DNA of 64,000 nucleotides, from the NCBI GenBank assembly GCA_946547845.1, contig CAMNPJ010000001.1, positions 18,985 through 82,984 on the forward strand, given 5' to 3'. Below are positions 29,307-37,365 of the stretch, in pieces. The position numbers and the translations under genes were made by a program. Positions within the stretch are counted from its first letter, which is position 1; each line of letters starts with the position of its first letter. The notes beneath the pieces are model-generated. The model made no database searches and was not told where the DNA came from. It saw nothing but the letters and a program-made list of their open reading frames with translations. This DNA is from an uncultured Treponema sp. (GTDB taxonomy: Bacteria; Spirochaetota; Spirochaetia; Treponematales; Treponemataceae).

Positions 29307-30007
29307 TCCTCCGAGAGCGCCCCGTCGCGCACAAAGTAGCGCAGGCTGCCCTTTGCGGCAAGATTCATGTCATGGGTCACAAGAATCAGCGTCTTGTGGT
29401 ACCTGTCCGCCATGGAGAACAGCAGGTCGCCGATAAGCTGGGCATTCGTCGGGTCAAGGTTGCCGGTCGGCTCGTCCGCAAGGACAAGCTCCGGGTCGTT
29501 CACAAGGCTGCGGGCAACCGCGACCCGCTGCCGCTCGCCCCCTGAAAGCTGGGCGGGAAAATGGGACATCCGGTCGGAAAGGCCTACGTCGGAAAGGAGC
29601 GCGGCGGCCTTGTCCATCGCCTGCCTGCGCGGGACACCGGCCATATACGCGGGCAGGAAGACGTTCTCCAGCGCGGAGAAATCCTTGAGCAGATAGTGGA
29701 ACTGGAAGACCAGCCCCAGAAAGCGGCGGCGGTAGACGGTCAGCTCCTGCTCGCCCATCGCGCTGATTTCCTGCCCGTCCACAAAAACCTTTCCGGCAGT
29801 GGCGCTGTCAAGCCCGCCGATGATGTTGAGCAGCGTGGACTTTCCGCTGCCGCTCCTGCCGACGATGACGCATTTTGCGCCCCTCGGCACGCTCATATCG
29901 AGCCCTTTCAGTATGGTCAGCGACTCGCTTTCCGTGCGGTACGTCTTCTCAAGCTTTTCGACCCGGACGATAAGGCTGCCGGGAACGCCCTCCGCATTAT
30001 TCGTCAC
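29297..30007 (-). CDS. ABC transporter ATP-binding protein, LolD/MacB-like
   Basis: Walker [10 protein letters not shown], signature LSGGERQR, Walker [12 protein letters not shown] 30007 overlaps the upstream permease stop (GTGACGAATAA); the track ORF is over-extended. Confidence 0.85.
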   Translation of the reverse strand: MTNNAEGVPGSLIVRVEKLEKTYRTESESLTILKGLDMSVPRGAKCVIVGRSGSGKSTLLNIIGGLDSATAGKVFVDGQEISAMGEQELTVYRRRFLGLVFQFHYLLKDFSALENVFLPAYMAGVPRRQAMDKAAALLSDVGLSDRMSHFPAQLSGGERQRVAVARSLVNDPELVLADEPTGNLDPTNAQLIGDLLFSMADRYHKTLILVTHDMNLAAKGSLRYFVRDGALSEECR

Positions 30008-31337
30008 GAAGAACCTCCGAAACCGTAAGTTTGAGTATCTGCCTGCCCGCAATCCACGAGGCCGCCAGCGCGGAGCAGAGCCCGAAGAGGAATACCGCCG
30101 CAATCTCGCCGGGGAACATCCGTGCGGGAACCGAGGCGTAGACCCTGAACATAGGGTTCTCCTGCAGGTAGCCAAGGTCGGTGCGCGGGTCAAGCAGCAT
30201 GGCGGCGACGCACTGGCACCAGAACTGCGCCTTGGACAAAAAGAGGAATACATGCCGCATGTTCACGCAGACAAAGAGACCGAGCACCAGCCCTGCGAGA
30301 GAGCCGGCAAGCCCGTTGCAGCCACCCTTGACGACAAAGACCGCCTGCAGCTCCCGCGGGCCCGCACCGAGCGCCGAAAGCACGGCAATCTCCTCGCGGC
30401 GCTCGTACATCATGCGGCGCATCCCGTTGTATATGTTCACCGCGACCACGACGAATATGAGGAATACCAGCAGCAGGAGCATGTTTTTCTCGACCCGGAG
30501 CGCCCCGAAGAAGGTGCGGTTGTATGAGCGCCAGCTTTCCGCGCTGGTCTCCGGGAACGCGGCCGCGATACGGGCTGCTGCGGCGGCGTCCCGTCCGCTG
30601 GAGGCAAGCTTCAGGCCGTACAGCTGCTCCGCGTCCGCACCGAAGTAGTCTCTTCCCGCCTCCTCGCCGACAAAGGCATAGGCAGCATTGATGTCCTGGT
30701 AGTTCGCATAGAAGATGCCGCTCACCGTGAATTCCCGGTTCCTGCTGAAGAGCGCGGAGGAGCTTGTCCCGCTGAGCGCGAGCACGTCCACCGTGTCCCC
30801 CACAGAGGCGTCGAGCGAGCGCGCAAGGTCGTAGCCGAGCACCACCGTATCCGCAGAGCCGACGTCAAAGTGCCCCGAAATCATGCGGACTTCCCGGCGG
30901 AAGCCCTCGTCGCGCTCCATGACATCCGCAGGCAGCGCGCGCAGCAGGGCGGCGGCCTCGGCACCGGAATCCGCCTGCACGAGCAGCCCCTGCGCTTCCC
31001 GGAAGGGTATGGCGGCACGCACGCCGCCTTCTTCCTGGCACCATGAGAGGAAGGCGTCCTTGTCGGCCACCCCCCGGACCTGCAGGTGGTACGAGCTGAT
31101 TTCCATGACGGCATCGATGAATTCCCGCTGGAAGCCGTTCATGACGCTCATCACCACGATAAGCGCCAGCACCCCGAAGGCGATACCCGTCGATGCGAGC
31201 CGGGAGGTCACGGAGGAGCGCCCCTTTGTATCGACTTGGGAGAAGCGGCGCGAGACATAATAAATCCAGCGGAGGGAAGAAAAGATACCTTGTCTTTTTG
31301 CCGGGGCTGAGCCTTTCCGCAGGGAGCTAGTCCTCAT
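29997..31337 (-). CDS. ABC transporter permease, FtsX/LolC/LolE family
   Basis: Same architecture as 27987..29306; first gene of the permease-ATPase-permease trio. Confidence 0.75.
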   Translation of the reverse strand: MRTSSLRKGSAPAKRQGIFSSLRWIYYVSRRFSQVDTKGRSSVTSRLASTGIAFGVLALIVVMSVMNGFQREFIDAVMEISSYHLQVRGVADKDAFLSWCQEEGGVRAAIPFREAQGLLVQADSGAEAAALLRALPADVMERDEGFRREVRMISGHFDVGSADTVVLGYDLARSLDASVGDTVDVLALSGTSSSALFSRNREFTVSGIFYANYQDINAAYAFVGEEAGRDYFGADAEQLYGLKLASSGRDAAAAARIAAAFPETSAESWRSYNRTFFGALRVEKNMLLLLVFLIFVVVAVNIYNGMRRMMYERREEIAVLSALGAGPRELQAVFVVKGGCNGLAGSLAGLVLGLFVCVNMRHVFLFLSKAQFWCQCVAAMLLDPRTDLGYLQENPMFRVYASVPARMFPGEIAAVFLFGLCSALAASWIAGRQILKLTVSEVLRDE

Positions 31338-32100
31338 CGAATTTCCTCCGGCTCCGCTCCTTGCCGCCCACGGTCACCAGCTCCAGCGTACGCCGGCCGT
31401 CCGTATAATGCACGCTCACCACGTAGTCGCGCTCAAAATAGGTATCGACCACGCAGGAATTCTCGGAGCTGTAGGCAGTCACCACGCGCAGCACTCCGTC
31501 CTCGTAATAGGAGGAATCCGGGCGCGACGACTTGCCCGTGTACCGGTACACCGTTCTCCGGAGGGGAGTCTTGCCGTCGTAGCTGCGCACGGTCTCCTCC
31601 GTAAGGCGGCGCGATGCGTCATAGGAGCGGGATGTCTCGCTGAGTTTGGCGCGCCTTCCGCCTGCAGTGGAGAAGAGCTGCTCCCGCACGGGATTCCCGG
31701 CGGCATCAAAAAAGGTCTCGGCGACGGTATGCCGGTCGTAGCGGGTCTCCGTCAGCTGCGCGGGCAGCACGTCCGCAGGGTCGGAATCGCTGCGGTAGCG
31801 GTAGCTTTTTTTGCCCAGCAGCACGCAGCCGCCTGAGCTGCTGCCGCTCCTCCATTCAGTGCGCTCCGTTATGCGGCAGAGCGGGTCAAAGAGCGTCTGC
31901 GAGAACGTGCTGCCGTCCGTGGTCACAAGGTTCCTGCCGCCGGAACGGCCTTCCCCCGCGGCAAACTGGCAGGAATCATAGTCCAGGAGGCGGAGTTTTC
32001 CCTGGCCGTCGCCGTACATGGTATCGCCGCAGGGGGCAGGCAACGCCAGAAAGGCCGCACAAAAAAGCGCGGCGGGCAGGCTGCGTCTCAGGAAGCCCAT
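31327..32100 (-). CDS. secreted/lipoprotein candidate with YD(RHS)-like repeats
   Basis: Signal peptide ending LALPAPCG. Repeats of type FDAAGNPVRE, SYDASRRLTEE, SYDGKTPLRR. ATG 32100 overlaps the ftsY stop. Confidence 0.45.
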   Translation of the reverse strand: MGFLRRSLPAALFCAAFLALPAPCGDTMYGDGQGKLRLLDYDSCQFAAGEGRSGGRNLVTTDGSTFSQTLFDPLCRITERTEWRSGSSSGGCVLLGKKSYRYRSDSDPADVLPAQLTETRYDRHTVAETFFDAAGNPVREQLFSTAGGRRAKLSETSRSYDASRRLTEETVRSYDGKTPLRRTVYRYTGKSSRPDSSYYEDGVLRVVTAYSSENSCVVDTYFERDYVVSVHYTDGRRTLELVTVGGKERSRRKFDED

Positions 32101-32975
32101 CACGCCGTCCCCAGAAAATCCTGAATGTAGCGGGAGGGATTCATCTGCGCGATGTCCTCATAATGCTCGCCGGTGCACACAAAGGCGACAGGTATGCCCA
32201 GTTCCCTGCCGATGGTGATGACGCAGCCGCCTTTTGCTGTAGAATCATACTTGGTGAGCACCAGCGCGTCCACCGCAACAGCCTCGTTGAATACCTCCGC
32301 CTGCCGGAGCGCGTTCTGACCGGTGGTCGCGTCTATGACGAGTATTTTCTTGTAGCAGCCTTCGTCCGCCTTGCTGCGAGCCACACGGTCAATCTTTTTC
32401 AGCTCGTTCACAAGGTTCTCCTTGTTGTGCAGGCGGCCTGCGGTGTCCGCCAGCACCAGGCCGCCGCCCTCAGCCCTGCATGAATCCGCCGCGTCGAAGA
32501 CAACGGCAGACGGGTCGCTGCCCATCTGGTGCCGGACGACGCGGATACCGAGCCGCTCGCCGTGCATGGCAATCTGATCCACAGCCGCCGCGCGGAAGGT
32601 ATCCGAGGCAGACATGACGACGTGCTGTCCGCGGTCGCTGTACAGGCGGGCCATCTTTGCGACGCTCGTCGTCTTGCCGACCCCGTTCACGCCCAGCACC
32701 ATGTACACGTTCACCTTGCCGGGCTCCGGGGAAAGCTCGCAGGCCTTCACATATGGCAGGCAGAGCTTCTCCAGCTCCGCGAGGATGGCACTGCTGCCGG
32801 AGATTTTTTCCGCGCGGCACTTTTCCTGCAGGCTATCGACCAGCTCCACCGCAAGCTTTGCCCCCACATCGCCTTCGATGAGCGTGTCAGTCAGCTCCTC
32901 AAAGAATTCCTCGTCTTCCGGCGTACGACGCCCGAAGAGAGACTTTATTTTTTCTGAAAAAGACAATTTTGCCAT
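32100..32975 (-). CDS. ftsY: signal recognition particle receptor FtsY
   Basis: GVNGVGKTT, DTAGR, TKYD (TKxD) GTPase motifs. ATG 32975 lies just after the upstream stop. Confidence 0.9.
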   Translation of the reverse strand: MAKLSFSEKIKSLFGRRTPEDEEFFEELTDTLIEGDVGAKLAVELVDSLQEKCRAEKISGSSAILAELEKLCLPYVKACELSPEPGKVNVYMVLGVNGVGKTTSVAKMARLYSDRGQHVVMSASDTFRAAAVDQIAMHGERLGIRVVRHQMGSDPSAVVFDAADSCRAEGGGLVLADTAGRLHNKENLVNELKKIDRVARSKADEGCYKKILVIDATTGQNALRQAEVFNEAVAVDALVLTKYDSTAKGGCVITIGRELGIPVAFVCTGEHYEDIAQMNPSRYIQDFLGTA

Positions 32976-32979
32976 GCTT

Positions 32980-34569
32980 CTAGTCTCCTGCGTCCAGTAT
33001 AATACTTTCGGTGGGCAGCCCCGGCTGCACCACGCGCGTCCGCTCAGGCAGCACGGAGCCCGCGGTATAGAGGTAGCGCGCCAGCTCCACAAGGAAGAAG
33101 CCGCCCGCAAGCACAGATACCCCGACGGCGGCGTTCTCCGCGTAGGCCCAGTTGTTTACCGTCGCGGCATCGACCAGCCCCGCACGATAGCCGATGCCCG
33201 CCGAATCATAGCGTCCGTACGTCAGGAAAGCCAGCGGCAGCGACAGCATGAGCGCCGTGTAGCCCCGGTATGCCCAGACGCGGCGCTTGTCTATGTCGTC
33301 CGCCGTGTTACGCGGGCGGAGCCGCGCGGAAAGCTCGGCTCCCTGGCGCTGCTGCTCCTCCGGCACATAGTAGAAGGCGTCTACCGTCCTGCCTGCGGCA
33401 TCCTGCGCGACGAACTGCCCGATGATGGTCTTGCCGTTAATCTGCACCGTGTCCGTCTGGCTGCTGCCTGAGACGCGGCCTATCAGGCTGCCGTCCGCGT
33501 AGTGCGAGCCGCCGGAGAGCGGGCTGCTGCCCGGCAGCTCCAGCGTGATGGCAAAGGTGCCGTCGCGCTTCTTTTCCAGCGGCACATGCACCATGAAATT
33601 CAAAGAATCCCTGAAATCATACGTGATGCGCTTGCTGAAATACTGTTCCCCGCAGGACACGTCGATAGTATGCGTGCCCGCCGCGATATCAACGACCTTT
33701 GCTCCCGGCTCGCAGATAACGCCGTCGATGATAATCTCCGCCTGCTCCTGCGCAGAGGCAGGTAGGATGTCAAAGAAAAGCCGCACAGGCAGCGCGTTCA
33801 TGATTTTAGGCAGCAGCGAGGCGGCGATGTTCGCGGCGATGTCCATGCAGTCGCCGAGCGTGCCGACCTCCGTCACGCTGCCAGAAAGCTCCCCGCCGGG
33901 GTAGGTGCGGATATCCACCGTCACGCGTGCATAGTTGCCGTAGGAAACAATCTGCCCGGTGAGCAGCCCGTTTATGTGCTCGCGCACAACGGCATCGCTG
34001 AAGGCAAAGCTTTCCGGCCCGGCGGCGGCGCTGTCCCCGGCGGGCGTATAGAGCACCGTGGCGTCGTCCTTGTACAGCACAATCCGCTCTGCGGCAGGCT
34101 CGGAGGCAAGACGGGCGCTGATTGCCGCAGCCCCCGGCTCCTGCCGGGCACACTGCCTGCGGGTCTCGGCAAGGTTCTCGTCAATCTGCCGCTCCAGGCT
34201 GCGTATCTTCTCCTCCTGCGCGGCAATTTTCTTCCTCAGCGCACGGGCATCGCTCTCGGAAAGCACCAGACTGTCGCGGACTTTCACCTCGCGGGCAAGC
34301 TGCATGAACAGCGAGAGCCGCTCAGTCTGCAGATTGTACAGGGAACGCTGCAGCAGCTCGGAGGATGAAGGCGTATGCATCGCCCCGGAAGAAAGCCGCT
34401 CCAGCACAAGGGACGGGATAGTCGCCGCCGCGCCCCGCTCGCTGGAGGAGCGGGGGACGCTCTGCGTGTACATAAATTCCATTGCCCCCAGCGTCCAGTC
34501 GTCCGCGGAGGCTGCTCCTGCCATAAGGGCACAGAGGGCCATGAGCACGGCAAAACGTCCCGGCCGCAT
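32980..34569 (-). CDS. hypothetical exported protein with coiled-coil segment and C-terminal TM helices
   Basis: Signal peptide MRPGRFAVLMALCALMAGAASA, coiled-coil KKIAAQEEKIRSLERQIDENL, hydrophobic helices near the C-terminus. Start overlaps the prfB stop. Confidence 0.55.
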   Translation of the reverse strand: MRPGRFAVLMALCALMAGAASADDWTLGAMEFMYTQSVPRSSSERGAAATIPSLVLERLSSGAMHTPSSSELLQRSLYNLQTERLSLFMQLAREVKVRDSLVLSESDARALRKKIAAQEEKIRSLERQIDENLAETRRQCARQEPGAAAISARLASEPAAERIVLYKDDATVLYTPAGDSAAAGPESFAFSDAVVREHINGLLTGQIVSYGNYARVTVDIRTYPGGELSGSVTEVGTLGDCMDIAANIAASLLPKIMNALPVRLFFDILPASAQEQAEIIIDGVICEPGAKVVDIAAGTHTIDVSCGEQYFSKRITYDFRDSLNFMVHVPLEKKRDGTFAITLELPGSSPLSGGSHYADGSLIGRVSGSSQTDTVQINGKTIIGQFVAQDAAGRTVDAFYYVPEEQQRQGAELSARLRPRNTADDIDKRRVWAYRGYTALMLSLPLAFLTYGRYDSAGIGYRAGLVDAATVNNWAYAENAAVGVSVLAGGFFLVELARYLYTAGSVLPERTRVVQPGLPTESIILDAGD

Positions 34570-35706
34570 CAGGCATCGTCCCCCTCATCGTCGGCACTAT
34601 CCAGCGGCAGCCCCTTCCACTTTGCGGAAAGGTAGGCGTCGAGGAAGCCGTCAATCTCGCCGTCCATCACCGCCTGGATGTTCCCCACGGAATAGCGCGT
34701 GCGCAAGTCCTTTACCATCGTGTATGGCTGGAACACATAGCTCCGTATCTGGCTGCCAAAGGAGATGGCCTTCTTCTCGCCCGCGAACTTGGAATTCTCC
34801 TTCTCCTGCTGCTCCTTGTAGTACTCGTAGAGGCGGCTGCGCAGGATGCTCATGGCGGTGGCGCGGTTCATCAGCTGGCTCCGCTCGCTCTCGCACTGCA
34901 CGACGATACCGGTGGGCAGGTGCGTAAAGCGGACGGCAGACTCGGTCTTGTTCACATGCTGGCCGCCTTTGCCGCCCGCGCGGAACGTATCGACGCGCAG
35001 ATCCTTGGGGTCTATCTTGACCTCGATGCTGTCATCCAGCACCGGGAACACGTAGACCGACGCAAAGGAGGTGTGGCGGCGGGCGTTCGCATCAAAGGGA
35101 CTGATGCGCACCAGACGGTGCACGCCGGCCTCTCCCTTGGTGTAGCCATATACGTAGTCGCCGGAGATGCGCATATTTATCGATTTAAGGCCGCCTTCAG
35201 CCTCTTCCTCGGAAAGCACCTCCAGCCCGTAGCCGTGGCGCTCCGCCCAGCGCTGGTACATGCGGCTCAGCATGAACGTCCAGTCGCACGCCTCCGTGCC
35301 GCCCGCGCCCGCATGGACAGAGAGGAAGCAGTCGTTCTTGTCGACCTCGTCAGAGAGCAGGTTCAGGATGCTCTGGTGCTCATACTCGGCGTTCGCCTTC
35401 TCGTACTGCCCGCGCAGCTCATCCTCGACGCTCTGATCCCCTTCCTCCATGCCAAGCTCGTAGAGCGTCTCCATATCGGCGACATCCTTCTGCAGCTGCT
35501 CCCACGGCTCTATCCTGCCCTTAAGCAGCTTGATGTCGTTCATGACCTTGGTGGCCTTCTCGTTGTCGTCCCAGAAACCGGGGGCGGTGGTCAGCGCCTC
35601 TTTGGCGGCTATCTTCTTGCGAATCTCGTCCGGGTCAAAGACGCCCCCAGACGTCCATGATATTCTCCTTCAGCTCCGCGATAGGTTCCTTCAAATCCTC
35701 AAGCAT
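34569..35706 (-). CDS. prfB: peptide chain release factor 2 (programmed +1 frameshift)
   Basis: Frame 0: MLEDLKEPIAELKENIMDVWGRL then TGA. Frame +1 continues DPDEIRKKIAAKEAL...MNDIKLL with SPF and GGQ motifs. Shift site CTT TGA C follows GGGGG. Confidence 0.9.
35634..35649 (-). other. prfB programmed +1 frameshift site
   Basis: Minus strand UGGGGGCGUCUUUGAC: SD-like GGGGG, slippery CUU, in-frame UGA followed by C. Confidence 0.85.
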
Positions 35707-35719
35707 ATCCTTTACCTTC

Positions 35720-35747
35720 CTTATATAAAACAGATAGCAGTTTTCAA
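35720..35747 (-). promoter_or_regulatory. sigma-70-type promoter TTGAAA-N16-TATAAG upstream of prfB
   Basis: Minus strand TTGAAAactgctatctgttttaTATAAG, 13 nt before ATG 35706. Confidence 0.45.
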
Positions 35748-35876
35748 AGCGTCCGCGGCAAGTCTTGCCGAGGACGCTCAAACTGAACAAAATGCACCTC
35801 AAGAAGCGAAACGAGGTTCTTGCACGCCGACTCATAGGTGGCACTCAAGCCACCGCCGGAGAGCGAGCCGGGCTCC

Positions 35877-36185
35877 CTATTGCTTCCGCTTTGCCCCTTC
35901 AACCGGAATCGGGTTCCCCTTGAACTGGCACTTGCGCCACTTCTTTTCCTTCAGCTCCGTTATGACGAACATGCCGTTCACCGGGAACTGGTAGAAGCGG
36001 ATATTGTCATAATAATCAGTCACACGGTCTATCTCCCGCTTCAAGTCGGCAAGACCGTTCGCATCCAGTTTCATGCTCTCCCAGCAGGAACGCTGCACTT
36101 TCTTGAATCCCATCTGGGTCAGCAGGTCAACAATCGCCCTGGCGCTGTCTATGCTGCCGGGGTCCAGAACTACAGAAATAAACAT
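35877..36185 (-). CDS. small Cas2/VapD-superfamily-like protein (orphan)
   Basis: 102 aa. Pattern MFISVVLD...ARAIVDLLTQMGFKKVQRSCWES...DNIRFYQF mirrors the Cas2 beta-alpha-beta-beta-alpha-beta layout (xYDI, G..RVQ.SVFE, D.IRIY). Judged by eye only. Confidence 0.35.
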   Translation of the reverse strand: MFISVVLDPGSIDSARAIVDLLTQMGFKKVQRSCWESMKLDANGLADLKREIDRVTDYYDNIRFYQFPVNGMFVITELKEKKWRKCQFKGNPIPVEGAKRKQ

Positions 36186-36251
36186 ATAATATATAGAATA
36201 ATTGAAAGAAGCTATCTTGTCAAACCGTCAGTTTTAATTCATTATATAAGT

Positions 36252-37298
36252 ATGAAGGAATTCCCACGCTTCCATAAGCAAATGCTCGCCGCGCTCGCCT
36301 TTTTATGCGCAGCCCTCTGCTGCACGGCACAGAAGGCGCAGCCCGTCGTACAGAATATACGCGCCGTTCCCGCGGCACAGGGCTCCATCTCCGTCACATG
36401 GACAATCCCCCCTGCGGCGGAAGGCACGGCAATCTGCTCGCTGCAGATCTACCGCAGCACCATGCCCATCAGCAGTGCGGCGGAACTCGCGCAGCTGAGC
36501 CCGCTCGCCCTGCTCCCGTCAGGCTCCATATCCTACACCGACAGCCCCACGGACGGGCGGGACTACTATTACGCCGTCGTATCGCGCATCAAGGACGTGG
36601 ACGCCTCTTACGAGGACGCGGGCGTCTTCTCTGGAGAAGACGCGCAGGAGCTTTACTACGACGAGGACTTTGACCCGCCGCTGGCCGCGGAAGAAGGCAG
36701 GCTGCTCGCCGTCATCCTACCGGGCATGAACGCCACAATCTCCGGCGCCCGCGCCACGCCCGCCAGCCCCTCTGGCGACCGCCCAGACGCGGATGACAGC
36801 TCCCAGAGCACAAAGAAAAGCGCGAGAGGCGACATGCGCAGGCAGCCGCTCCCCTACCTGGAGATGCCCGGCAGCCGGGCCGATGACGGCGGCAGGCAGA
36901 TCAGCGAAGCCGCGGAACAGGCGGCAAAGGGGCTCGTCAGCTCCCGGACGGAGGCAGCAAGCCCTGCGGCACAGCAGCTTGCCCCGCACATCTTTGCGGA
37001 AGACAGCGTAAGCCCCAGCGGCGGCGACGAATACCTGCTCTACGAGGTGCTGCAGCGCTCATTCGTGCAGGGAAAATACAGCTCGGCGACGGCGCTGCTG
37101 GAGCGCTTTCTTGCCCAGAACCGCGGCACGGCCGTTACGCAGCGGGCGCATTTCTACCTTGGGCAGGCCTACTACTTCTGCGGCGACTACCCCCGCGCGC
37201 TCCAGCAGTTCCTTAAGGTAGAGAACGCCTATCCGCCGCTCGCAGCCCGCTGGATAGACAGCAGCCTGGATCTCTACGAGCCGGAGCGCCGTCACTAG
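36252..37298 (+). CDS. exported protein with FN3-like N-domain and YbgF-like TPR C-terminus
   Basis: Signal peptide MKEFPRFHKQMLAALAFLCAALCC. ISVTWTIP...YYYAVV FN3-like strand pattern. C-terminal AHFYLGQAYYFCGDYPRALQQF TPR. Confidence 0.55.
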   Translation: MKEFPRFHKQMLAALAFLCAALCCTAQKAQPVVQNIRAVPAAQGSISVTWTIPPAAEGTAICSLQIYRSTMPISSAAELAQLSPLALLPSGSISYTDSPTDGRDYYYAVVSRIKDVDASYEDAGVFSGEDAQELYYDEDFDPPLAAEEGRLLAVILPGMNATISGARATPASPSGDRPDADDSSQSTKKSARGDMRRQPLPYLEMPGSRADDGGRQISEAAEQAAKGLVSSRTEAASPAAQQLAPHIFAEDSVSPSGGDEYLLYEVLQRSFVQGKYSSATALLERFLAQNRGTAVTQRAHFYLGQAYYFCGDYPRALQQFLKVENAYPPLAARWIDSSLDLYEPERRH

Positions 37299-37365
37299 GC
37301 GGCAGAAAAAAAGCCGGAAGCCCGGAGAACCATGCCCCCGGAATTCCGGCCATATCAGCTTCCCG

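Noticed and set aside
36186-36254. Possible leaderless mRNA for the exported FN3/TPR protein. TTGTCA...ATTATA lies a few nt before ATG 36252, with no SD.
   Set aside because: This rests only on a weak promoter match and the absence of an SD. An alternative ATG at 36282 exists. Not supportable without TSS data.
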